A DNA stretch of 64,000 nucleotides from positions 1-64,000 of IMG/VR virus record IMGVR_UViG_3300031963_000020; one strand, written 5' to 3'. The notes beneath the pieces are model-generated. The model did not search any database. It worked only from the letters and a program-made list of their open reading frames with translations, and had not been told where the DNA came from. Both the position numbers and the translations under genes were made by a program. Shown one piece after another: positions 25,533 through 33,592 of the stretch. This DNA is from a virus. Numbering within the stretch: position 1 is the stretch's first letter; every line of letters begins with the position of its first letter.

Positions 25533-25541
25533 TAAATATCT

Positions 25542-25613
25542 GCCACAATAGCTCAGCGGTAGAGCACTCGATTTGTAATCGAGCGGTCGTCGGTTCAATC
25601 CCGACTTGTGGCT
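25542..25613 (+). tRNA. tRNA-Thr(UGU)
   Basis: ctcga-ttTGTaa-tcgag. Confidence 0.93.
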
Positions 25614-25720
25614 CTTAAAACAACATAATCTAGATATTTATATAGGACTCGCACCGCAGTGGTGGAGTCCTTTTCACCGTATCGCTCATTATGAGGATAC
25701 ACAATATAGGAGGTCATTTT

Positions 25721-26200
25721 ATGACTCATTTAGTATTTCGCCCATTTGGGTCAACGGTTTTGAACAATCGGGACAATTTCATCAGTACATTTGATAAAAT
25801 GTTTGATGAATTCGCCAGAAAAGATTTCCCTGAGTTTTTTCAACACTTTGGGGCAGAACCTTTTGGAAAGGCAGCATATCCAAAGGTTAATGTGATTACA
25901 AATGACGAGACTGTAGTTATTGAAGCAGAACTCGCTGGTTATAAGAAGGATGAAATTGATATTGAGGTCAAGGAAGGTGTCTTGACCATTTCAGGCGGTG
26001 CGTCACAATTGAACGAGCAAACTGATAAAGTAGTTTATCTTCTACGAGAACTGAAGCGTAGCTCATTCTCTCGATCCTTTAAGCTCGGTGACCAATTGGA
26101 TGCTTCCGAAGTAGATGCAAAGTTTGATAATGGGTTACTTACAATCACAATCCAAAAATTACAAAAGGAGCCAGAGTCGAAAAAGGTTACGATTAAGTAA
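25721..26200 (+). CDS. small heat-shock protein (Hsp20/alpha-crystallin)
   Basis: YPKVNV, ELAG..K..I.I, LTISG, F.RSF.L, A.F.NGLLTI; SD GGAGG. Confidence 0.92.
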   Translation: MTHLVFRPFGSTVLNNRDNFISTFDKMFDEFARKDFPEFFQHFGAEPFGKAAYPKVNVITNDETVVIEAELAGYKKDEIDIEVKEGVLTISGGASQLNEQTDKVVYLLRELKRSSFSRSFKLGDQLDASEVDAKFDNGLLTITIQKLQKEPESKKVTIK

Positions 26201-26223
26201 TAACACTCAACGCAGGAGAGTAT

Positions 26224-26304
26224 ATGTGCAGTTGTAATAGTGGTGTCTGTACGTGTGGCACCGGATGTACTTGCAGTTGTTGCTTAACCCATATAACCGA
26301 TTAA
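26224..26304 (+). CDS. 26-aa Cys-rich metallothionein-like peptide (not in ORF track)
   Basis: SD AGGAG; MCSCNSGVCTCGTGCTCSCCLTHITD, 8 Cys in CxC clusters. Confidence 0.6.
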   Translation: MCSCNSGVCTCGTGCTCSCCLTHITD

Positions 26305-26363
26305 CTAGGAGGTGATCCTTATCGGTTATGTTTGACTCAAAAACCTAAAGCAATGGAGATAAC

Positions 26364-26402
26364 AAAACGGGTCGGGCTCACAAGGTTCGACCCGTTTTCT
26401 TT
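26364..26402 (+). terminator. intrinsic terminator
   Basis: aaaacgggtcgggc-tcacaag-gttcgacccgtttt followed by T-rich tract. Confidence 0.8.
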
Positions 26403-26411
26403 GGAGATAGT

Positions 26412-27491
26412 ATGAGTAGATTTTTTAATTTCAAAACACTGGTTTCATTTTCCGCATTAGCAATAGCAGGATGCGCAGCACTCTTTTCGGTCACGGGTAT
26501 CGGTACCCTATTCGCTGGAGCAGCTGTATCTGCGATGGTAATGGCTAGTGCTTTGGAATTAGGTAAGTTGGTGGGTATTTCGTTCTTATATCGTTATTGG
26601 AGTGAAATACCAAAAGTACTAAAAAGTTATATGTTGGTCGCAAGTATGGTACTAATTGGTATTACATCAGCAGGAATTTACGGGTATCTCTCATCAGCAT
26701 ATGCTAAGGTAGCGGCAGACCCACTAAAGATGAATGCAGAAGTGCAAATATTAAATTCACAAGCACAAACACTTGATGAAGAAATACAACGAAAGACTCA
26801 ACGATTAGACCAAATTATTTCACTCCGTGGTCAGCAAGAAAATCGTATTGATAATCTTATTAGTAAAAGTACCACGGGTTCAAATACAACTATTCGTTCA
26901 GCACAAAATAGTTTAAACGAACTGAACAGAACAGCAAATACATTACAACGAGAAATCAATCAAGCATCTGCACAACGTGATAGTTTGAAAGCAAAGAGTT
27001 TGACCACAGATGTTGCAATCACAACAAATTCGGATATTGGAACGTTCGTCTATATTTCCCGTGCAATCGGTGTTCCATTAGATACCGTAGTTAAATGGTT
27101 TATATTGGTCATCGTATTAGTATTTGACCCATTATCCATTTGTTTAGTATTAGCTTATAACTTCTTACAAAAACGTGGTGAAGTTGTAGAAGAACCCAAA
27201 AAATTAACTATTTTTAATGAATCCCCACCACAACCTACCCCAGAGGTGGTGGAGGAAACAATAGTCGTTCCTGAACCAATCGTGCAAGAGGAAACGATGA
27301 TAAAACGCGAAGAAATGGAACCAGTCCAGCCAGTTGAACCAGAAGAACCAGTTGAAGAAGAACGTAGAGTAATACCATTTAATAATGGTGATTTCAACGA
27401 AGATGACCCATTCCCACAATATATGACAAAGGCCGAAACAGAAGAAGTTTTAGAAAATTGGTGGGCAAAAAGAAATGGTCTTAAAAAATAA
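26412..27491 (+). CDS. multi-TM coiled-coil membrane protein with Pro/Glu tail
   Basis: 3 N-terminal TMs (LELGK, ITSAGIYGYLS), coiled coil, TM with VFDPL. Confidence 0.75.
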   Translation: MSRFFNFKTLVSFSALAIAGCAALFSVTGIGTLFAGAAVSAMVMASALELGKLVGISFLYRYWSEIPKVLKSYMLVASMVLIGITSAGIYGYLSSAYAKVAADPLKMNAEVQILNSQAQTLDEEIQRKTQRLDQIISLRGQQENRIDNLISKSTTGSNTTIRSAQNSLNELNRTANTLQREINQASAQRDSLKAKSLTTDVAITTNSDIGTFVYISRAIGVPLDTVVKWFILVIVLVFDPLSICLVLAYNFLQKRGEVVEEPKKLTIFNESPPQPTPEVVEETIVVPEPIVQEETMIKREEMEPVQPVEPEEPVEEERRVIPFNNGDFNEDDPFPQYMTKAETEEVLENWWAKRNGLKK

Positions 27492-27506
27492 TATTTAATA
27501 AGGGAC

Positions 27507-27535
27507 TTGACAAATATAGGAATTAGTGTTATTAT
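27507..27535 (+). promoter_or_regulatory. sigma70-like promoter
   Basis: TTGACA-N17-TATTAT. Confidence 0.7.
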
Positions 27536-27560
27536 TATACATCTCTAACAAGGATGTAAT

Positions 27561-28457
27561 ATGCCGCATCAAGTCGGTTATTGCTGTATCAATCTCACAC
27601 TACAAAAGACCCGCAAGATTACTACTAATCGCGGTATGATACAGCGTACCTTTCTGGAGCGTGGTGTCAAGTATGCGTCTGAACTCGCACTACAGAACGC
27701 CAAAGACTTAGTGGAAATTGTCAAGTGGAACGCACAGAATGGTGTCAAGGTGTTCCGACTATCCTCGGATTTATTTCCGTGGAACTCCAAATACAAACTT
27801 GTTGACCTTCCAGATTACGATAAGATTAGTCAATATCTTCTTGCTGCTGGTGCGATGGCGTATAATACTGGTCAACGTATCACCGCACATCCAGACCACT
27901 TTGTTAAGCTGGGTTCACTTAAGCCCGATGTTGTTGACAACGCTATTCACGACCTTGAACACCATTCAGAAGTCTTTGACTTGATGGGATTGGAGGTGTC
28001 GCACTATAACTGCCTCAATATCCACGTAGGTATGAACTACGACAACGATACCATCGACCGATGGGTTCGTGCGTTTGATAGACTTTCTGACAACTGCAAG
28101 AAGCGATTGGTGGTCGAGAATGACGATAAGGAAAACGCATTCTCTATTAAACAGCTCCATCGTGAGATTACTTCTCGCACTGGTGTCCCCTTGACATTTG
28201 ATTACTTTCACCATACATTTCATACAGATGGAATGTCCTCTACAGATGCTGCACATCTTGCTGCATCTACGTGGGACACCAAACCACTATTTCATTACAG
28301 CGAGTCCAAGAACCTGAACGAGAGTGTTTCGGGTAATCCACGGGCACACGCTGATTATGTATTCCGTAGTATTGATGACTACGGACTTGATATTGATATT
28401 GACTTAGAAGCTAAAGCTAAAGAACTTGCATTACTCAAATATCGGGAGTTGCTATGA
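27561..28457 (+). CDS. uvsE: UV damage endonuclease
   Basis: GYCCIN, FRLSSDLFP, R.T.HP, NIHVG, LVVENDD, FDYFHH, HYSES, HAD, EAKAKE. Confidence 0.93.
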   Translation: MPHQVGYCCINLTLQKTRKITTNRGMIQRTFLERGVKYASELALQNAKDLVEIVKWNAQNGVKVFRLSSDLFPWNSKYKLVDLPDYDKISQYLLAAGAMAYNTGQRITAHPDHFVKLGSLKPDVVDNAIHDLEHHSEVFDLMGLEVSHYNCLNIHVGMNYDNDTIDRWVRAFDRLSDNCKKRLVVENDDKENAFSIKQLHREITSRTGVPLTFDYFHHTFHTDGMSSTDAAHLAASTWDTKPLFHYSESKNLNESVSGNPRAHADYVFRSIDDYGLDIDIDLEAKAKELALLKYRELL

Positions 28458-29080
28458 TAAGTTTCGCAATCACAACACATAATGAAGGTCAATATATTCA
28501 AGAATTACTTGACCAGCTTGTTCCCCATTGCGAAAAGACAGGGGACGAGATTGTTGTGGTTGATGACCATTCTACGGATTCATTTACCTCGCAGATATTG
28601 TATGGGTATGAAGAACAGGACAAAATCAAATTATATAATCATGCACTTAACAATGATTTTGCTACACATAAGAATTATCTCAATTCTGTGTGTGATGGGG
28701 ACTATATTTTCCAAGTTGATGCGGACGAAAAATTTCACGATAACCTCTTGACTTATCTTGATGATATTGTGTATAATAATACGAACGTAGATTTGTTTTT
28801 AATTCCACGAGTAAATGTGGTTGCTGGTTTGACTGACGATGATGTTCGTAGATGGGGTTGGGTCATAAATGAAAAAGGTTGGGTAATGTTCCCAGACTAT
28901 CAAACCAGACTATACAGAAATCGTGAAGATATTAGGTGGGAAGGAAAAGTGCATGAACGTATTGTGGGATATAAGACACACGCACCACTTCCCGCAGAAG
29001 AAGAGTGGGCATTGTATCACATTAAGGACATTATGAGACAACGAGAGCAAAATGAATATTATGACACCATTACACGGTAA
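28454..29080 (+). CDS. glycosyltransferase family 2
   Basis: THNE, VVDD.STD, DADE, PDYQ.R, W.GKVHE. Confidence 0.88.
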   Translation: MISFAITTHNEGQYIQELLDQLVPHCEKTGDEIVVVDDHSTDSFTSQILYGYEEQDKIKLYNHALNNDFATHKNYLNSVCDGDYIFQVDADEKFHDNLLTYLDDIVYNNTNVDLFLIPRVNVVAGLTDDDVRRWGWVINEKGWVMFPDYQTRLYRNREDIRWEGKVHERIVGYKTHAPLPAEEEWALYHIKDIMRQREQNEYYDTITR

Positions 29081-30101
29081 GCAAGCACTCACCTACGACG
29101 ATATCCAGTTAATCCCTGCATATTCTTATATCGAATCACGTAGCACTATTGACCTATCTGCACAATTAACGACTAATTATAGGATCAAGGTTCCTCTTAT
29201 CGCATCCCCGATGGATACGGTGTGTGATAGTGAAATGGCAATTGCAATAATGGAACTTGGTGGAGTTGGTATTATTCACCGATTTATGAATATAGAAGAA
29301 CAAGCCAATGAAGTTAAATGTGTAGTCAGTTCTGCAATCCCAGAAAAAGTTTGGGGGGATACAAAAGTTCCTGTCTCAGCGGCAATTGGTGCAAACGGTG
29401 ATTATTTAGAACGAGCACAAGAGTTGGTTAAAGCAGGCGCAAATATTATTTTGATTGATGTTGCACACGGGTATCATAAATTTGTGATTGACGCAATTCA
29501 TAACTTAAAGAATACTCTTCCATCTCACGTAGATATTATTGCAGGAAATGTCGCAACAGGAGGAGCTGCTCTCAGGTTACAAGATGCAGGGGCAGATGCA
29601 ATTCGTGTCGGTATCGGCGGTGGGTCACTTTGCACCACCCGTATCAAGACTGGTTTCGGTGTTCCCAATGTGACCTCACTACAAGATTGTGCGAAAACGG
29701 TTAGTGTTCCTGTTATCGCATGTGGTGGTATCCGTAGTAGTGGTGATATTGCAAAGGCGTTGGGAGTTGGTGCAAACTCAGTAATCCTTGGCTCACTCTT
29801 GGCAGGAACAAAAGAAGCACCTGGTGCAATCATTGAGAAGCAGAATGGTTTGTATAAGCGGTATCGTGGAGCCGCATCGTTGGAAACAAAGAGTGTCCAC
29901 GGTCAAGCAAAGAGAAATGTGGAAGGTGAATCCACAGTCGTTCCGTTTAAAGGTGGTGTAAAGTTCATTGTAGATGGTTTGTTAGATGGTCTGCGGTCAG
30001 CATTGTCTTACGCAGGAGCAAACAATCTTACGGAATATTTCCCTGAATATGTCGTTGTGACCCAAGCTGGAGTAAATGAGGCACGACCGCATCTTCTCTA
30101 A
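29061..30101 (+). CDS. IMP dehydrogenase/GMP reductase family enzyme without CBS domains; flap resembles GMP reductase
   Basis: SPMDTV, IDVAHG, AGNVAT, GIGGGSLCTTR, YRGAAS...RNVEG; no Arg-Tyr flap dyad. Confidence 0.85.
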   Translation: MTPLHGKQALTYDDIQLIPAYSYIESRSTIDLSAQLTTNYRIKVPLIASPMDTVCDSEMAIAIMELGGVGIIHRFMNIEEQANEVKCVVSSAIPEKVWGDTKVPVSAAIGANGDYLERAQELVKAGANIILIDVAHGYHKFVIDAIHNLKNTLPSHVDIIAGNVATGGAALRLQDAGADAIRVGIGGGSLCTTRIKTGFGVPNVTSLQDCAKTVSVPVIACGGIRSSGDIAKALGVGANSVILGSLLAGTKEAPGAIIEKQNGLYKRYRGAASLETKSVHGQAKRNVEGESTVVPFKGGVKFIVDGLLDGLRSALSYAGANNLTEYFPEYVVVTQAGVNEARPHLL

Positions 30102-30114
30102 ACAGGAGGATAGT

Positions 30115-30639
30115 ATGAAAAACTTAATAACTGTTTTCGCTATAATAACAGTTTTGGTGTTGTTAAAAGTAAATGAAAGTTATATACCGAACCGTATTGT
30201 TCGGTCACAACCAACAGAGTTAGAAAAGTTTCTTACACATATGGCATATCGGGAAAGTGATAACACTCCCCACGCCGTTAATCGGTTCGGTATGTTAGGA
30301 AAGTATCAGTTCTCACCAAGCACAATCCGTGTATTGGGGTATCGTGTAAATAAAAACCAGTTCTTAACTAATCCAGAACTTCAGGACTCTGTAATGGTTG
30401 CATACCTACGAGCAAACAATAAAGAACTAAACTCATTAATCTCTAAATACGAAAATAAAGTAGTAAAGGGAGTAAAAGTTACACGGTCTGGTGTATTGGC
30501 AGCGGCACATTTAGCAGGTTCTACAAATGTGAAGCTCTTTTTCCAAAACGCAGATTGGAATGGTCGAACAGATGCAAACGGTACGAGTATTCGTGAGTAT
30601 ATGCAGACATTCTCAATCTACAACCTAAAGAAGATATGA
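30115..30639 (+). CDS. lysozyme-like peptidoglycan hydrolase with N-terminal TM
   Basis: RES..., N..G.LGKYQF, AAAHLAG motifs; SD AGGAGG. Confidence 0.7.
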   Translation: MKNLITVFAIITVLVLLKVNESYIPNRIVRSQPTELEKFLTHMAYRESDNTPHAVNRFGMLGKYQFSPSTIRVLGYRVNKNQFLTNPELQDSVMVAYLRANNKELNSLISKYENKVVKGVKVTRSGVLAAAHLAGSTNVKLFFQNADWNGRTDANGTSIREYMQTFSIYNLKKI

Positions 30640-30923
30640 TAGTATTACTCATAATCAGTATTTTAGTAAATGGAGCACTCGGTTACGCCTGTTGGAATAT
30701 GTTGCGTAAGAATGAGATGATGGAAGATGCCATAAATAACTTTTACACTCGCTTAGATAGAACATTAAAAACTATGCGGGCAATTGACACACGAGAAATG
30801 TTTGAGAAGGACGACGAAGTAGGGTCGGTTTTCGGTCAAATAGTGGATACAGTCAATGATTTACGCCCGCTTCTATACGGGAGTGATATAGAAGATGGGG
30901 AGAAAGAAAACGAAGCTCGGTAA
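30636..30923 (+). CDS. membrane-anchored hypothetical protein
   Basis: N-terminal TM; FE.DDEVG..F motif. Confidence 0.65.
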   Translation: MIVLLIISILVNGALGYACWNMLRKNEMMEDAINNFYTRLDRTLKTMRAIDTREMFEKDDEVGSVFGQIVDTVNDLRPLLYGSDIEDGEKENEAR

Positions 30924-31632
30924 AGTCTATTTTACCCAAGAAACAGAAGATGCAATCATCAAGTATAACCAAAGTGACGATATGGAAGAACGGGAAAACC
31001 TATATCGTGAGTATATTTGGGCACCATTCGATAAATTAGCAGAAAACGTAATCAACAGATTTAAGTTTCCTTATATGGAAGGCTCTTTTGACGATGTGAA
31101 GTCAGAGGTGGTTTCCTTTTTGGTTATCAACTTACACAAATACGCTGCAGGAAAAGGTAAAGCATTCTCATACTTCAGCGTTATTGCAAAAAACTATCTT
31201 ATATTACACAATAACAACGCATACAAGGAAGAAAAGCGGTCAGTATATCTCGCAGATAAGACTGACGAAACGTTTGCCCTCGAAGAAATCCTTGTATCGG
31301 AACCAGAAGAACAAGAAATAAAGAGTGACATGCGTGATTTTACCCAACTTTTGGTCCAATACTGGGATTTTAACACCACCAAGATTTTTAAGAAGAAGCG
31401 GGATATAGAAATCGCTAACGCCGTGGTCGAACTTCTCCGTAGAGTTGATAACATCGACAATTTTAATAAAAAAGCTCTCTATCTTATGATTAGAGAGATG
31501 ACGAACCACAAAACATCCCATATCACCAAGGTCATCAATAAGATGCGGGTGCATGTTTTGGAGCAAATGAACGAATTTAGACGAACAGGACATATTTCCG
31601 ACCCATCCGCCTATTTTACGTATAAAAAATAG
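30895..31632 (+). CDS. phage sigma factor (T4 gp55-like, late transcription)
   Basis: YF...E.AI..Y, region-2-like AFSYFSVIAKN; sits immediately before structural module. Confidence 0.65.
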   Translation: MGRKKTKLGKVYFTQETEDAIIKYNQSDDMEERENLYREYIWAPFDKLAENVINRFKFPYMEGSFDDVKSEVVSFLVINLHKYAAGKGKAFSYFSVIAKNYLILHNNNAYKEEKRSVYLADKTDETFALEEILVSEPEEQEIKSDMRDFTQLLVQYWDFNTTKIFKKKRDIEIANAVVELLRRVDNIDNFNKKALYLMIREMTNHKTSHITKVINKMRVHVLEQMNEFRRTGHISDPSAYFTYKK

Positions 31633-31640
31633 CCTCTAAC

Positions 31641-31648
31641 TATTTATA
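31641..31648 (+). promoter_or_regulatory. putative late promoter motif TATTTATA (also 8212, 10449, 22784, 25635, 50516, 58298)
   Basis: Same octamer recurs in intergenic gaps ahead of gene blocks. Confidence 0.55.
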
Positions 31649-31670
31649 TGGTAGTAACTTGGAGGTTATT

Positions 31671-32066
31671 ATGAGTTTAGACAAGGAAATATTTGACGGA
31701 AAGACACTTTCCGACCTCTTTTCAGAAATTTACAAGAATACCGACTCTAAGAGACAACAAATTAATACGTTTGTCTCTAAGTTGGTTATGCTTATCCGCA
31801 CCCCAGAAGATGCAGCGGTTATTGGACCTGTTATCAAGGACTTTATTGAAGTGAACGTCAAGAATGACGAACATTTAGTCCGTGTAGCACAGATTGCACA
31901 ACGTCTTGTGGGGGCAGTTTCTAAGGGTGACTCCATTGATGGATTATTAAGTGAAGCCGAGAAGCAAGCTTTACTTGGTGACTTAAAGATGGAAGTAGAA
32001 AAGTTAGAAGATGAAGGAAAAGATATCGAAGAAGATATCTTTGCAATCTCAAAGAGAGTTAAGTAA
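31671..32066 (+). CDS. conserved hypothetical phage protein
   Basis: SD GGAGGT; helical. Confidence 0.7.
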   Translation: MSLDKEIFDGKTLSDLFSEIYKNTDSKRQQINTFVSKLVMLIRTPEDAAVIGPVIKDFIEVNVKNDEHLVRVAQIAQRLVGAVSKGDSIDGLLSEAEKQALLGDLKMEVEKLEDEGKDIEEDIFAISKRVK

Positions 32067-33589
32067 TGGCTACTGGCATTGGTGCTAGAATACAAACAAG
32101 AACAAATGGTGTAAAAACCATACTTCCTGGTGCGCCAGGTTCTCAACCAATGCAAGCAATTATGGACAGTTTCATTTATGAAGCTGCACAAGTTGAGGAC
32201 ATTGTAATTAATGAAGCGGATGATAGATCTGGTAAAACTGGTAGCTCCGCTAACGTAGGAAGAGTAAAGATTAGATTTGTAAATACAGAAAAAGGTGCAA
32301 AAGGAGAAGATTTACCCTGGGCAGATCCTTTATTCCCATATCAGTCAACATATCCCTTGATTGGTGAGTATGTATTAGTATTCAAAGCTATATCAACATA
32401 TTTTTACATAGGTCCAGTAAATATAAAAAGAAAAATTACTGAAAATGCTGCACCACTTATTGGTAAACTACAAGCCAGACAAGACAATAGTGTAAAAAAT
32501 CAACGTGCACAAGCTGCTGGTGTACTTACACAACCCAAAGAAAATGTAAATCAAATAGGAACGAATTTCAAATCATTAAAAGTAAATCCATTAAAAACAT
32601 TTGAAGGTGATGTATTATTCCAAGGACGATATGGTAATTCAATTCGTCTTGGAAGTAGTCAAATGATACGTTCTGCATTGGGTGAACAAAACCCGAACAT
32701 TATTATGCGTGTTGGTCAAGGACCAGCGACATCTTTGACTAACGAAGATCGTAGTCCACAATCACTAACGAATGAATCCATAAACACTGATGCTAGTTCT
32801 ATATGGATGGTATCAAAACAGATATTGGGACTAGTACCAGCTACCTTTAATACAAATGTGTTTCTGGCGTCGTTGTTTGAAAAACCTACAGTATTTGGTG
32901 GAGCATCTATACTATTAAACTCAGATAGAGTTATTTTAAATTCAAAAGATACATCAATTTTCTTATTTGCTAAAAAAGGTATACATTTAAATTCTCTAGA
33001 AGATGGTATTTCACTAGATACATCTGGGCAAGTTTCATTAACTACTCCAAATAATATAACGCTTTCGTCGGGTAAAACAGTAAGTTTGACCAGTACCAAA
33101 GAAGATATAATTATTAGTACTAAACGTGATGTGACCATTTCAGGTGATAGAAACATTGTAGTTCACGGAAATGAAATATTCTTAGGTGGTAGAAGTGTAC
33201 AAGCATCACCAATTGTAATGGCAAGACCACTAAAGTTGTTTATGTATGAACTTTTACGAACTTTAATGTCAACTTCACCACTGACACTCGGACCAAGTGG
33301 TATAGTAAACCCAGCGTTGATAGCTAGAATGTTGATAGTATTTTCAAAATACATGGTATTACCCGATCCATTTAATCCATTATGGGCATCAAATGATAAC
33401 TTTGTAATGAAAACCAATACCAGAACTACTGCATCAGACTTACCACCAAGCCAAAACTTTAAACAACTTACTGGTCTTGGAACCAGAGGTAGTCAAGATG
33501 CATTTACCACAGTCAGTCAAGTAGCAGATAATGCTGGGGTAAAAAATCTACGTAAGTTGTATGGTGAAGAACTTATTTCTAAGTTATAA
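32066..33589 (+). CDS. baseplate hub/central spike-like protein (gp5/gpV-like)
   Basis: GRVKIR...WA.P...P.IGE.V OB-fold pattern; beta-helix-like C-terminal repeats; upstream of gp25. Confidence 0.55.
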   Translation: MATGIGARIQTRTNGVKTILPGAPGSQPMQAIMDSFIYEAAQVEDIVINEADDRSGKTGSSANVGRVKIRFVNTEKGAKGEDLPWADPLFPYQSTYPLIGEYVLVFKAISTYFYIGPVNIKRKITENAAPLIGKLQARQDNSVKNQRAQAAGVLTQPKENVNQIGTNFKSLKVNPLKTFEGDVLFQGRYGNSIRLGSSQMIRSALGEQNPNIIMRVGQGPATSLTNEDRSPQSLTNESINTDASSIWMVSKQILGLVPATFNTNVFLASLFEKPTVFGGASILLNSDRVILNSKDTSIFLFAKKGIHLNSLEDGISLDTSGQVSLTTPNNITLSSGKTVSLTSTKEDIIISTKRDVTISGDRNIVVHGNEIFLGGRSVQASPIVMARPLKLFMYELLRTLMSTSPLTLGPSGIVNPALIARMLIVFSKYMVLPDPFNPLWASNDNFVMKTNTRTTASDLPPSQNFKQLTGLGTRGSQDAFTTVSQVADNAGVKNLRKLYGEELISKL

Positions 33590-33592
33590 TTT

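Noticed and set aside
14956-25613. Stop-codon recoding or suppressor tRNA
   Set aside because: No CUA, UUA or UCA anticodon found; TAA, TAG and TGA all end full-length genes
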